In this document: positions 26,351-35,962 of the stretch, piece by piece
How the letters are laid out: each line of letters opens with the position of its first letter
Position numbering within the stretch: the stretch's first letter is position 1
Assembly: GCA_028699155.1 (NCBI GenBank)
Contig: JAQVVD010000004.1
Coordinates: 3,924 to 67,923 of the forward strand
Source of the DNA: Candidatus Peribacteraceae bacterium
Lineage (GTDB): Bacteria; Patescibacteriota; Gracilibacteria; Peribacterales; Peribacteraceae
Reading direction: 5' to 3'
DNA length: 64,000 nt
Position numbers and translations under genes: made by a program
The notes under the pieces: model-generated
Database searches by the model: none
Told to the model about the DNA's origin: nothing
What the model saw: only the letters and a program-made list of their open reading frames with translations

Positions 26351-28741
26351 TCAGGAAGCGATTTGTTCCACTCGTGTGCCGCGAACCCATGCCGGCGTCT
26401 CACGCTTGTACCATTCCACGGCACTCCAGATGATGCTCTCCAGGAGTTCTCCGTAATCATACCCTGCGAGCTTTGCTGCCGAAGGCAAAAAGTCCGTGGG
26501 TTCGATTCCCGGATTCGGGTTGAGTTCCAGTACGAACGGATTCCCTTCCCGGTCTATGCGCATCTCGATCTCCGCGTAATCTCTGCAATCGAAAATCGAG
26601 AACATATCGAGTGCGATCTCGCTCACCAACTTATCGAGTTTCGGCGGGATTTTTGCAGGCTTCTCCACGCGAATCGACTTGAGGATATCCTGGTACTTTT
26701 CCGTCATGAGTTCCCATGTGTAAATATGCCAATGCCCTTCGGGCATTTTATCGAATACGGAACGTATCAGCGGGAGCACTTCCGCCTCATCCCCGTTCCC
26801 GAGCACGCACGCATCTATCTCATCGCCTTCAATATATTCTTCGATCAGAGCCGGCTGCCGCATATCCTGGACAATCGTCCTGAGCTGTTTCTTCAGTTCG
26901 CGCTCATTTGTGACCACCGAGCAGAGACCGATGCCATAGTAGTTATCCGCAAGCGCGGGTTTGACCATCAGCGGGAATTCAAGATTGGGATTAATCTTCT
27001 CTCCGATCTCTTCAATATAATCCCACTCGGGAGTAGGGATATTATGATAATCGAGCATCTTCTTCACATCGATTTTGTCCAACGCAGCGGCAATGGTCGC
27101 AGAACTGGATCCACTGAAAGGCAGGTGCAGCATTTCGAGCAATGCCGCGATATGCACGCCGAGGAACGGCGCATTGGGATCTGCTTCGCAGAGATTCAGC
27201 ACGAAATTGAAGTTCGCATCCTGTATCTTGCGAATGGGTATCGGCATCTGGCTCACGTCGATGAGATCAGCATGGTATCCGCGTTCCATCAGCATACTGC
27301 GCACGCTCTCCCCTGCGGGAGAATTTGAGAGAATGCCGATGTACATGCTGCGCATATCCTTCAAATTTGAAGATCGCAATTTGGCAAGTCGCGATGCTTC
27401 GATGATTTGGCTGCGGACAACCGATGCGGTGTCGAGTGCATGTTCGCGGCTTGTTTTGCCAAGGGAAGAATCCCTGTGGAATTTCGTCACATTGAATTCT
27501 ATTCTTCCCATAATCCGCTCAAGAGCAGCTTGCGCCTGCTGGTGCGTCTTCCCGCTTGCAACAACCCACCCGGCATTCTCGTATCCCTCAGGAGGCACGA
27601 GAACGGCATCACCCACCTTTTTGGTGAGGGATAAATGGATAAGACTGGGCGATTTCAAAATATCTTTCGGATAGGAAATGCCGCTCACAATCCCGGAATA
27701 CGGAGGAATGAAATACTCGCATGCGACGCATTCCCTTCGCGTCTTCTTCTCTCGCTGCACATACACCCCGCATGCAACCTGCAACCCAATGTCCACCAGG
27801 TTTTCATCTTGTGAATGTTTCACGTACAAATAGATGTCATCTCCTCCCATACGTGAGCCGACTTCGACAATCTTGGGACCCTGCGGAGTCGTCTTGATCT
27901 CAATATGCGCCAGGCTATCCGCCACGCCCAACGCTATCATCGCCGACTCGGCGAGCTTGATTACCGCTTTCTCCGTCTCCTCATCCAAACGCGCGGGGGC
28001 ACAATCCCCTCTCTCCACGAAATATGGCAATTTCATAGGATATTTTTCATTGATCCCGATTGTATGAGGAATACCGTACTGCGCGTAACACTCTACGCTG
28101 ACCTCCATTCCCTCCATGTATTCTTCGTACAGAAACATACCCTCGTTGTACTTGAAGATCGGGTTGAACTGCTCAGTGCAGTTGAGCAGCAGATACCGCA
28201 GTGTCACTTCTGCTTCCTTGACGTTGTTCACGAGTACCACAAACTCGCTGTCCGCACCCCATGCCGGCTTCATGACAGCGGGGAACCCGATGCGCTCAAT
28301 CGCCTTCTGCAAATCGCGCTTACTGCGCACCATGTGAAACATGGGAATACCGAGACCCGTCTCCTGCAAACGCTTACGCATGGCGAATTTGTTACGCGTT
28401 ACCACCGCTGTTTTGTAGGTGTTACCTGGCAGATTGAGTTTTTCACAAATGCGCCCGAGGAGAGGCACATCGTCCTCCCAGAATGTGATCGCCCCATCAA
28501 ACTTCACGTGGGGATTGTGACGGAGAAACGCTTCAATTTTCTTGATGCACTCCTCATGATTGAACGTATCTGCTTCGATGAAATAATCGACAATGTGCTG
28601 CTTGCGCTGGTCTGGAGCTTTGTCGAGCAGAACAATTGTCATGCCGAGTTTCCTGGCTCTTTCGATCGTGAATCGCTTCTTCTTGCCTCCGGAATTTACG
28701 AACAGCACTGTTTTTCCTGCAAGGCCACTCTTCGTGTTCAT
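26351..28741 (-). CDS. double ATP-grasp ligase (N-terminal L-amino-acid-ligase-like domain plus C-terminal D-Ala-D-Ala-ligase-like domain)
   Basis: 796 aa from ATG at 28741. The N half contains FPAVMKPAWGADSEFV...HIEIKTTPQGPKIVEVGSRMGG. The C half contains LEMLHLPFSGSSSATIAAALDKIDVKKML...PLMVKPALADNYYGI...YAEIEMRIDREGNPFVLELNPNPG. Confidence 0.8.
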   Translation of the reverse strand: MNTKSGLAGKTVLFVNSGGKKKRFTIERARKLGMTIVLLDKAPDQRKQHIVDYFIEADTFNHEECIKKIEAFLRHNPHVKFDGAITFWEDDVPLLGRICEKLNLPGNTYKTAVVTRNKFAMRKRLQETGLGIPMFHMVRSKRDLQKAIERIGFPAVMKPAWGADSEFVVLVNNVKEAEVTLRYLLLNCTEQFNPIFKYNEGMFLYEEYMEGMEVSVECYAQYGIPHTIGINEKYPMKLPYFVERGDCAPARLDEETEKAVIKLAESAMIALGVADSLAHIEIKTTPQGPKIVEVGSRMGGDDIYLYVKHSQDENLVDIGLQVACGVYVQREKKTRRECVACEYFIPPYSGIVSGISYPKDILKSPSLIHLSLTKKVGDAVLVPPEGYENAGWVVASGKTHQQAQAALERIMGRIEFNVTKFHRDSSLGKTSREHALDTASVVRSQIIEASRLAKLRSSNLKDMRSMYIGILSNSPAGESVRSMLMERGYHADLIDVSQMPIPIRKIQDANFNFVLNLCEADPNAPFLGVHIAALLEMLHLPFSGSSSATIAAALDKIDVKKMLDYHNIPTPEWDYIEEIGEKINPNLEFPLMVKPALADNYYGIGLCSVVTNERELKKQLRTIVQDMRQPALIEEYIEGDEIDACVLGNGDEAEVLPLIRSVFDKMPEGHWHIYTWELMTEKYQDILKSIRVEKPAKIPPKLDKLVSEIALDMFSIFDCRDYAEIEMRIDREGNPFVLELNPNPGIEPTDFLPSAAKLAGYDYGELLESIIWSAVEWYKRETPAWVRGTRVEQIAS

Positions 28742-28844
28742 GGGGAAACGTGCAATGGGAAAATAGAAGTAAATGTGCGCAGAGCGTACGCCTGCTATAC
28801 CCAGACGCAAGAGGCATTCTCATGACGAATGACACTGATGCATA

Positions 28845-31166
28845 CTACTTCACATACGTCGTTGAATTCACCGAAAGCTGACCAATATCCACCCACCCGA
28901 TGGTGGTGATTCCGTCGCTCCACTCAATGGTGCCAATTGCCGTTGGATCGCTGAGCGACTGCAGTGACGCCTGCAGAATAGACGTACCCGGATTCATCTG
29001 CGGAGTCACGATGAACCCCCGCAATTCCAGATCAATGGATCCTCCGCTCTGGATAACGGTGCCGATCTGCGACGATGCGAGGTTATCGCACGTGACCGAG
29101 ATGGACCCTGTGTATGCTGACGCCGCACACTCGTGCGTCTTCGTCGGGTCCAATGCATTCAGCAACTTGAAGCTCCCTGCGAGGAATTGGACATTCGTCG
29201 CATTGACCGTAAAGACGATGCGCTGGAATTCTACCTCATTACGGCCATCGGGCATGTTGTCGTTCTGCGCCGCAGTGAAGCGGAACTTTCCAAAGGAACG
29301 GGTGCCAGTCGGCACAGAGGATTGGTCCGGATCGCTATTCGCATTCTGGATCGACAGTATTTTTGCGAATACCACTGTATGCGTCGGTCCGATAATGTCC
29401 TGATCAGCCCCGGGCACAGACCTCCCCAGGAATACTTCGCCTTCCTCAATCGTATCGCCGTCATTGAACGTGAGGTCTTCCTGTGAATTTACGCCTTCCG
29501 CCTGCACCGCCTGGATCGCAGGATCCGCCTCCATGCGAACCGCTGCGCTCGCACCGCTCGTCCCGCCCTGCTCTTCCGACTTCACGACGCCGCGCACGAT
29601 GTACGTGACTTCCTGATCACGAGGTACGACGAATGACGTGCTCGCGCAGAACTGGCCGGAAACGACCGGGCTGCAATTGGTTGTCCACGCAGTCGCAATC
29701 GGGAACGTCCCCCCGGCCGCATAGAGGAGCAGTTGCGAGAAGACCGTTTCCTCCGCATGCAGTTTCACCGTTTTGACGCGCACATCTTCCCCGTTCGCAC
29801 GGAACGTGATCCTCAGGAGGTCATCCGTTGTTTTCCCTGCAAGTAATTGCCGACTTCCAACGGGTTGCGAAGCCGCCGTCACATACAAGTTGCCGCGGCC
29901 GACGATCTGAAATAACGGGGCAGACGGGAACGTGTACACGCCGATCCAGCAAATTGAGGTCTCCGCACAATCGGCTCCGTCCAGTTCGATGCCCGTGAGG
30001 TCGCGACCATCCGCCATACCGATGCCCTGTACAAAGCGCGCATTATCCAGAGCAAACTCAACCCCAAAACTGCCCGAACTGATCCCTGCCTGGAAATCTG
30101 CAACCAGTTCCACGCGCACGGCAGCTCCCTCCGGCACAGCGATGGCGATACTGCTGAATGAAACGGTGCTGCTGCCTGGAGACGCCGTTCCTGCAAGTGC
30201 ATCTGCAATGCCATCCCCGTCACTATCCGCGTACACGCGGAAATTCGTTGCGGCAGAGAGCGTTCCTGCCTTCGCCCGGAACACGAGGTTTGTCATAATC
30301 ACATCCTGCCTGCCTGCAATCGCGTCAAAAGCGAGCAGCGTCACGTCTTTCTCGCCCGGCGAAACGGTCGTGACGCTCACAGGCCGCTGCTCGATGCGCA
30401 ACGCGCCATGCTGCACTGTCTCTTCGACAATCACACAAATCTTGCTGCATCCATCTCCGTTCTCCAGATTGCCGTCGTCACACTGCTCCCCGAATTCCAG
30501 GATGCCATTGCCGCACACGGGCGTCGCCTGCTGCGCCTGGCTTGCATCCTGCGATGAAGAAGAGGACGCAGGCAGCATGCTGCTGACATCCTGCAGCTCC
30601 TCTCCCAGCGCGACGATGAGGTACGCCATGTCGCTGCGCGTGAGCTTGTAACTTCCGTCCTGCGGGAAGTATTCGAAGAGACCCCGCTCCGCGGCAACCT
30701 CAAAGTACGGCACGTACCAGTACTCCGGCGCATACACGTCGGGCGGCGTGGGAACATTCCATGCCCGTTCCGCCATCTTGAGCGCCTCCGCGAGGTTGAC
30801 CGTCTGCGCGCCGTGGAACGTCCCATCGGGATACCCGCCGATGATGCCGCGCTGTTTCGCCGTGCATGCGTGCGACCAGAACCACTGTGACTCTCCCGTA
30901 AAATCCGCAAAACACCTGTCATTGTACACGTTGTACGATTCCGTTCCGTACACCGCGAGCATCAGAATTTTCAGAAATTCCGCGCGGTTGATTGCAATGT
31001 CCGGGCGATAGATTCCATGTCCATACCCCTGGACGATGCCAAGTTCTGCGATCTGCTCTATGTACTGCTCGTGCGGATGGCTGACCGTGTCTATGAAACG
31101 TCCCGCCTGTGCCACAGGAACGAGAAAAAAGAATGTGAAAAGGAGAAGTGTGACTCGTATGCGCAT
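28845..31166 (-). CDS. SLH-domain cell-surface protein with a cysteine-rich repeat and a long beta-rich region
   Basis: Signal peptide MRIRVTLLLFTFFFLVPVAQA, SLH repeats (RPDIAINRAEFLKIL; GYPDGTFHGAQTVNLAEALKM), and CGNGILEFGEQCDDGNLENGDGCSKIC (myxococcal-type Cys-rich repeat). I moved the start to ATG at 31166. Confidence 0.85.
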   Translation of the reverse strand: MRIRVTLLLFTFFFLVPVAQAGRFIDTVSHPHEQYIEQIAELGIVQGYGHGIYRPDIAINRAEFLKILMLAVYGTESYNVYNDRCFADFTGESQWFWSHACTAKQRGIIGGYPDGTFHGAQTVNLAEALKMAERAWNVPTPPDVYAPEYWYVPYFEVAAERGLFEYFPQDGSYKLTRSDMAYLIVALGEELQDVSSMLPASSSSSQDASQAQQATPVCGNGILEFGEQCDDGNLENGDGCSKICVIVEETVQHGALRIEQRPVSVTTVSPGEKDVTLLAFDAIAGRQDVIMTNLVFRAKAGTLSAATNFRVYADSDGDGIADALAGTASPGSSTVSFSSIAIAVPEGAAVRVELVADFQAGISSGSFGVEFALDNARFVQGIGMADGRDLTGIELDGADCAETSICWIGVYTFPSAPLFQIVGRGNLYVTAASQPVGSRQLLAGKTTDDLLRITFRANGEDVRVKTVKLHAEETVFSQLLLYAAGGTFPIATAWTTNCSPVVSGQFCASTSFVVPRDQEVTYIVRGVVKSEEQGGTSGASAAVRMEADPAIQAVQAEGVNSQEDLTFNDGDTIEEGEVFLGRSVPGADQDIIGPTHTVVFAKILSIQNANSDPDQSSVPTGTRSFGKFRFTAAQNDNMPDGRNEVEFQRIVFTVNATNVQFLAGSFKLLNALDPTKTHECAASAYTGSISVTCDNLASSQIGTVIQSGGSIDLELRGFIVTPQMNPGTSILQASLQSLSDPTAIGTIEWSDGITTIGWVDIGQLSVNSTTYVK

Positions 31167-31238
31167 GCATACATTGTATGCAAATGCGCGCAATTGCCGC
31201 ATTGTTAAATTGTAAAATTGTTCAATTACTACTCACGA

Positions 31239-31643
31239 TCAGCCCATCTGCTGCGCGTACTCTGCGTCGGACTGCCGCTGTTCCTCCTCCTGACGTTCCG
31301 CTTCCTCGATCATCTGTTCTGGCGACTGTTGCTGATCCGCAGTGACGATCTGTTCCTGCTCCTCTTCCTTACGCGTCTTCGTCTCGGCATACAGAGGGCG
31401 GTGCTCTTCATCGCGCGCGGCGCGCTCCTGCCGCTTCTTCTCCTCATCTTGTTTCCCGGCCAGGCCCTGCCGGAGTTCCTGCAGGTGCTGCGCTGCTTCC
31501 TGTCCCGTCACTGTGCGCCCCTGCGTACGCTCCAACTCACGACGAAGCGCCTCTGTCTCCCCTCTGTCAGCCCGCGTGAACTGATCGGAGGAAGAGGACG
31601 AAATTTCTGTACCGAATTTCTTCTCATCATCACGTCGCGCCAT
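31239..31643 (-). CDS. highly charged E/R/Q-rich hypothetical protein
   Basis: 134 aa, low complexity. The opposite-strand ORF (31218-31661) looks like its Leu/Arg-rich shadow. Confidence 0.5.
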   Translation of the reverse strand: MARRDDEKKFGTEISSSSSDQFTRADRGETEALRRELERTQGRTVTGQEAAQHLQELRQGLAGKQDEEKKRQERAARDEEHRPLYAETKTRKEEEQEQIVTADQQQSPEQMIEEAERQEEEQRQSDAEYAQQMG

Positions 31644-31703
31644 GCGCCAAGTATACCATGAAGCAGTGGAGAAACCGGGTGGAACGTGTTACAACATGTC
31701 TGC

Positions 31704-31780
31704 GCCTCCATAGCTCAATTGGATAGAGCGTCGGTCTTCGGAACCGAAGGTTGCAGGTTCGAACCCTGCTGGAGGCACCA
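31704..31780 (+). tRNA. tRNA-Arg (anticodon TCG), CCA encoded
   Basis: Cloverleaf read by hand: acceptor GCCTCCA/TGGAGGC, D arm GCTC-AATTGGATA-GAGC, anticodon arm TCGGT-CTTCGGA-ACCGA (TCG at positions 34-36, G37), variable AGGTT, T arm GCAGG-TTCGAAC-CCTGC, discriminator A, then CCA. Confidence 0.9.
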
Positions 31781-31792
31781 TGTACGCATAGC

Positions 31793-31823
31793 AAAACACC
31801 TGCCCGATGGGCAGGTGTTTTTT
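31793..31823 (+). terminator. rho-independent terminator after tRNA-Arg
   Basis: Stem AAAACACCTGCCC / GGGCAGGTGTTTT with loop GAT, running into a T tract. Confidence 0.75.
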
Positions 31824-31842
31824 GCAACCCCACTTGTGTGCA

Positions 31843-31941
31843 CTATCTGCGCTTCTTCGTGGCCTTCTTCTTGGTTGCCTTCTTCTTCGTGGCCTTCTTC
31901 TTGGTTGCCTTCTTCTTCGTGGCCTTCTTTTTGACTGGCAT
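31843..31941 (-). CDS. possible 32-aa lysine-rich peptide MPV(KKKAT)x5 KKRR
   Basis: This is the last Met of the listed 88-aa ORF, and only this C-terminal part looks like real sequence. No SD is present. It is encoded by the 15-bp tandem repeat. Confidence 0.3.
   Translation of the reverse strand: MPVKKKATKKKATKKKATKKKATKKKATKKRR
31852..31926. repeat. tandem repeat, 5 x 15 bp (alternating CTTCTTCGTGGCCTT / CTTCTTGGTTGCCTT, i.e. 2.5 x 30 bp)
   Basis: Read directly from the sequence. It encodes KKKAT repeats on the minus strand. Confidence 0.9.
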
Positions 31942-32148
31942 TGGAGGAAAGGGGAACAAAAGTAAAGTTACTTCGGATTGTACTTCTCTTCTCATATTAC
32001 AAAAGATTTTTCGAGCAGCGATACTTGCAACATTGTGTTCTTTTGAACTTATACAAAGAATTGCATGCGCGTTTTTCCTTTTGCTACAGAGGAAAAAACG
32101 CATACGCATTTTTTGTGTTTCTCAAAAAATTCCGCACAAAATTTTTTT

Positions 32149-33360
32149 TTAGAATTGTTGGAACATGTGTCCGAGTTTTTCTTTTTTCGTCTTCAGATAT
32201 TTTCTCTGCCGTTCATTCTTCGCAAGGAACTCGATCGGAATCTGTTCCGCAATGTGAATGCCGTACCCCTCGAGTCCGATCACTTTCTTGGGATTGTTCG
32301 TGAGCAAACGTACGTGCCCCACTCCCAGATCTTTCAGAATCTGCGCCCCGATCCCGTAGTCGCGCAAATCAGCCGGCAGTCCCAGCATCTCGTTGGCTTC
32401 CACCGTGTCATACCCCTGTTGCTGCAATTCATACGCGCGCACTTTATTCGCAAGACCGATTCCCCTCCCCTCCTGCCGGAGGTACAGGAGCACGCCCTGC
32501 CCGTGCTCGCTGATCACCTGCATCGCGCGATGGAGCTGCTGTCCGCAATCACAGTGGAGTGACTGCAACACGTCACCGGTGAGGCATTCCGAATGCACGC
32601 GAACGAGGCTCGGTACCAGCGGCTGGATCTCCCCCATTACGAGCGCCACGTGTTCGCCACCCGTGAGCATGTCACTGTAGACGCACATGCGCCACGTGCC
32701 CGTTTCCGTCTCTAAGAACGTTTCCGCCTCCCTGCGAACATGCGCCTCGCTCCGACGCCGATACGCGATAATATCGGCGATGGATACAATCGGCAGATCC
32801 CACTGCTCCGCGAATTTCTGGAGCGCGGGCAGCCGCATCATCGTCCCGTCATCGTGCATCAGCTCGCTGATCACCGCTCCCTCGCGCAAGCCCGCCAGTT
32901 TGCAGAGATCGACGGATGCCTCCGTATGACCCGCTCTGCGCAACACTCCGCCTTCCGCAGCGCGCAGCGGGAACACGTGCCCCGGCCTGCACAAGTCCTG
33001 TGGCTTCGCTACAGGATTGATCGCAACCGCAACCGTGCGCGCGCGGTCATGCGCAGATATGCCGGTGGTCACGCCATCCGACGCTTCGATGCTCACTGTG
33101 AACTGCGTGCGCAGCCGCGCCGTATTGTTGGGCACCATCGGCGGCAAATCCAATTGGTTCGCAATGGCATTGCTGAGCGCCAGGCAGAGCACTCCTCCCG
33201 TGTGGCGAATCAGGAACGCCACCCGCTCCTCCGTCACGCACTCTGCTGCCATGACCAAATCTCCTTCGTTCTCGCGCTCCTGATCATCGACGACGATGAG
33301 CATGCGCCCCGCCCGGAGCGCTGCGATTGCATCCTGAATGGAAGAGAATTGTGCCGCCAT
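32149..33360 (-). CDS. ribBA: bifunctional 3,4-dihydroxy-2-butanone-4-phosphate synthase / GTP cyclohydrolase II
   Basis: DHBP synthase N half ([19 protein letters not shown]) and GCH II C half ([21 protein letters not shown]). I moved the start to ATG at 33360 ([11 protein letters not shown]). The listed N-terminal extension overlaps the upstream gene. Confidence 0.93.
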   Translation of the reverse strand: MAAQFSSIQDAIAALRAGRMLIVVDDQERENEGDLVMAAECVTEERVAFLIRHTGGVLCLALSNAIANQLDLPPMVPNNTARLRTQFTVSIEASDGVTTGISAHDRARTVAVAINPVAKPQDLCRPGHVFPLRAAEGGVLRRAGHTEASVDLCKLAGLREGAVISELMHDDGTMMRLPALQKFAEQWDLPIVSIADIIAYRRRSEAHVRREAETFLETETGTWRMCVYSDMLTGGEHVALVMGEIQPLVPSLVRVHSECLTGDVLQSLHCDCGQQLHRAMQVISEHGQGVLLYLRQEGRGIGLANKVRAYELQQQGYDTVEANEMLGLPADLRDYGIGAQILKDLGVGHVRLLTNNPKKVIGLEGYGIHIAEQIPIEFLAKNERQRKYLKTKKEKLGHMFQQF

Positions 33361-33415
33361 GGACGGTGGAGTGTAGCACGTTTGCCGGAAGAGAAAGACG
33401 CAGAACCTTCTTTTC

Positions 33416-34810
33416 TTACTCTCGCAGGAGAATGGTGTACGTCTGCGATGTGGACTTCCCCGTCTTCCTGCCGATAGCGACGTAGTACGTTCCCGGAGGA
33501 TACAGGTAGTACTGGTTGCACTGCGGCATCGTGAAACCGAACAGATCCACGTCATGCATGGCATACACGATACAGGTGAGATTCGTCGTGTTGCTCGTCT
33601 CAACCTTGAGATGCTGCGCTTCGCTGCCCGCAATGGAAAACCTGTACCAATCGACGAAGTTATTCGGCGGGAGCGTGGCGGTTCTGGCCGTGTTGCGCGG
33701 CAAGAGCTGCGCCTCAATGAATCCGTCATTGCCATCACCCGCCGCCTCAGCTACTGCCACGGTGAACGTGGTATCTGGCTCTGTCGGCTGCAATTGCAAC
33801 TGGTACGCGCCGGGGCTCAGCGTGGTAAGCAGTTCGCACTTGCCGCCATTCTGCACCCCCAGGTAATACTGCTCGCTGAATCCATCGTCTTCCATCAAGT
33901 AGAGCGTGCACTGGATTTTGCCCGTCTGCCCCGCCTGGAGAGATGCGATCGTGGCAATCGTCATCTGATTGCTGAGACTGAAGCGGAAGGAGTACGTCTG
34001 CTTTCCGGAAAATTTGCCCCGCTCTTCGAACGGGAATGTCACATCACGGGAGATTGGCACAACCGCCGGAGAGTTCTCCGCCATCTGCTCCTCTGTAGCG
34101 GGTTCGCTGCTCGCTTGTTCTCCTCCTTCCTCCTCCTGCATTGATTCCTCCTCGATCTGCTGGCGCTCCTCACGGATCTCGGCGTGCTGCGCGTTGTAAA
34201 TCATTGCCGCGGCCTCGCCACGCTTGAGTGCCCGCTCGGGGAAATAGCGGGACGTATCCTGGCCTGCAATCGGCAGGATACCGACGACATGTGCATTGAA
34301 CAGGTACTTGATATACCAGGCAGATGTGGACACATCGACGAACTGCACAACCGAACGATCAAGTTCCGTCACGTTCGGCACGGGGAGACCGAACACTTCC
34401 TGGATCATCTTGAGCGCTTCAACGCGGTTCACGCTCTGCGACGGTCTGAAGGTGCCGTCGCTGTACCCGGCAACGTACCGCATTGCCGCAGCATCACAGA
34501 CGAACGACTCGTACCAACTGCCCGGGATCACGTCCGGAAAACAGCCTACGCTGGTGGGATCGGGCTGCTTCCCCTGTGCCAGATAGAGCATCTTGAGCAT
34601 CTCTGCCCTGTTGACATCGCGATCCGGGTAGAAGTTCCCGTCAGGATTTCCGCCGATCACTCCCGAGGCAACCAGCTGTTCTATGGAATCCCGGTACACA
34701 TGCCCAGAGGGCACGTCGGGGAACGCCGCAGCCAGGACCGTCGTGCACACGAGCAATCCGGCAGCGGCAATTGCGAATGAGAGTTTCCATTTACAGAACA
34801 TGATTGTCAT
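33416..34810 (-). CDS. SLH-domain surface protein with a C-terminal PPC-like beta domain
   Basis: Signal/TM sequence [29 protein letters not shown] and three SLH-like repeats ([18 protein letters not shown]...[13 protein letters not shown]). The C-terminal segment [29 protein letters not shown] resembles a pre-peptidase C-terminal domain. Confidence 0.8.
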   Translation of the reverse strand: MTIMFCKWKLSFAIAAAGLLVCTTVLAAAFPDVPSGHVYRDSIEQLVASGVIGGNPDGNFYPDRDVNRAEMLKMLYLAQGKQPDPTSVGCFPDVIPGSWYESFVCDAAAMRYVAGYSDGTFRPSQSVNRVEALKMIQEVFGLPVPNVTELDRSVVQFVDVSTSAWYIKYLFNAHVVGILPIAGQDTSRYFPERALKRGEAAAMIYNAQHAEIREERQQIEEESMQEEEGGEQASSEPATEEQMAENSPAVVPISRDVTFPFEERGKFSGKQTYSFRFSLSNQMTIATIASLQAGQTGKIQCTLYLMEDDGFSEQYYLGVQNGGKCELLTTLSPGAYQLQLQPTEPDTTFTVAVAEAAGDGNDGFIEAQLLPRNTARTATLPPNNFVDWYRFSIAGSEAQHLKVETSNTTNLTCIVYAMHDVDLFGFTMPQCNQYYLYPPGTYYVAIGRKTGKSTSQTYTILLRE

Positions 34811-34860
34811 GAGGAAAAGGGCAAACCGATCGTACCCTGAAACCGCGCAGGCACAATGCC

Positions 34861-35328
34861 TCAAGACTGCAAGCGTTTTAGTTGTGCAAGCGAATGTAAG
34901 ACGGCGAATGCGCACTCCCTCCCCTTCTCCGGTCTCGCTCTGGCCTGTGCGATGTCGGTGACATGCAGTACGCCGTATGCGAACGGCATGCCGTATTCCA
35001 GTTGCACATCCATCATGCCCCGCGCGACTGCGCGGGAGAGATGCTCTGCGTGTTTCGTCTCTCCCTGGACGACGATTCCCAGACCGATGATGGCATCGGC
35101 CGATCTGTTGCGCGCAATGGCGGTGCCAATGAGCGGCACTTCCGATGAGCCGAATACGGGGAAGAGCGAGATGTTCCCCTCTGGGATTCCCGCTGCCAGC
35201 AATGCGTCTTTCGCTGTAACCACCATCGCTGCCACTTCCTCCTCGTAGTAGAGCGCATGCACGATTGCCACGCGCCAGGCGGGATCAACGCCGCCAGGTA
35301 GCCGGAAGTCGATGGAATTCTTCTTCAT
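34861..35328 (-). CDS. ribH: 6,7-dimethyl-8-ribityllumazine synthase
   Basis: 155 aa from ATG at 35328, with VFGSSEVPL and GIVVQGETKHAEH motifs. It forms an ATGA overlap with the ribE stop. Confidence 0.9.
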   Translation of the reverse strand: MKKNSIDFRLPGGVDPAWRVAIVHALYYEEEVAAMVVTAKDALLAAGIPEGNISLFPVFGSSEVPLIGTAIARNRSADAIIGLGIVVQGETKHAEHLSRAVARGMMDVQLEYGMPFAYGVLHVTDIAQARARPEKGRECAFAVLHSLAQLKRLQS

Positions 35329-35897
35329 GCTGCGGGCGGGGAAAGGCGTTCCCTGACTGCGCGAACCAGAATATCGGTTTCCACATTCACGAGATCGCCC
35401 TCCTTCAGTTCGCCCAGCGTGGTCTCTCTGATCGTATGCGGAATGAGTGCAACGGCGCATGCATTACCCCGGATGTCTGCAACCGTGAGCGAGACGCCGT
35501 CAATTGCAACGGAGCCCTTCAGGAAGACGTACTCCACGAGTGTGTCCGGCAACGTTATCGTGAGGACTCCTGCTCTGAACTCCTGCACTGTCGCGACCCC
35601 CTCCACATGCCCCTGCACGATGTGCCCCTCGAACCGCCCCTGCGCAGAGAGCGCCCGTTCGAGATTGACCACATCGCCTGCCTGCAAACTTCCGAGCTTC
35701 GTCCTCTCCCACGTTTCGGGCACGACATCGAATGTCATGCTCTGCGCATCGCATGCGATGACAGAGAGACACGCGCCGGAAACGCAGATGCTGCTGCCAA
35801 TGCGGATATCGGTGAACGCATCCGGCCTGGAAATGCGCAAGCCGCCTTCGGTTTTCTCCTTCACAATGCCGGTAGCTTCGATGACGCCTGTGAACAC
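35325..35897 (-). CDS. ribE: riboflavin synthase (alpha chain)
   Basis: Two Lum-binding repeats beginning VFTGVIEATG, then GSSICVSGACLSV and GSVAIDGVSLTV. The likely start is GTG at 35897, 6 nt downstream of a TATACT box. The listed ATG at 35963 would add 22 atypical residues. Confidence 0.85.
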   Translation of the reverse strand: MFTGVIEATGIVKEKTEGGLRISRPDAFTDIRIGSSICVSGACLSVIACDAQSMTFDVVPETWERTKLGSLQAGDVVNLERALSAQGRFEGHIVQGHVEGVATVQEFRAGVLTITLPDTLVEYVFLKGSVAIDGVSLTVADIRGNACAVALIPHTIRETTLGELKEGDLVNVETDILVRAVRERLSPPAA

Positions 35898-35962
35898 GGC
35901 TGCAGTATACAACAGATCGATGCGAGGAAGCCTGAAGACTCCACTTTCTTTCGGCTCTCCCA

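Noticed and set aside
31852-31926. Plus-strand ORFs across the 15-bp tandem repeat (SSWPSSWLP... and FFVAFFLVAFF...)
   Set aside because: They start inside or upstream of the tRNA and its terminator and are repeat-generated frames. Only the minus-strand Lys-rich reading is even weakly plausible.
33361-33738. Long N-terminal extensions of ribBA (to 33738), ribH (to 35460) and uvrA (37271-37417)
   Set aside because: The extensions are Arg/Ser/Cys-rich, overlap neighbouring genes or promoters, and precede Met residues that give canonical N-termini ([27 protein letters not shown]).
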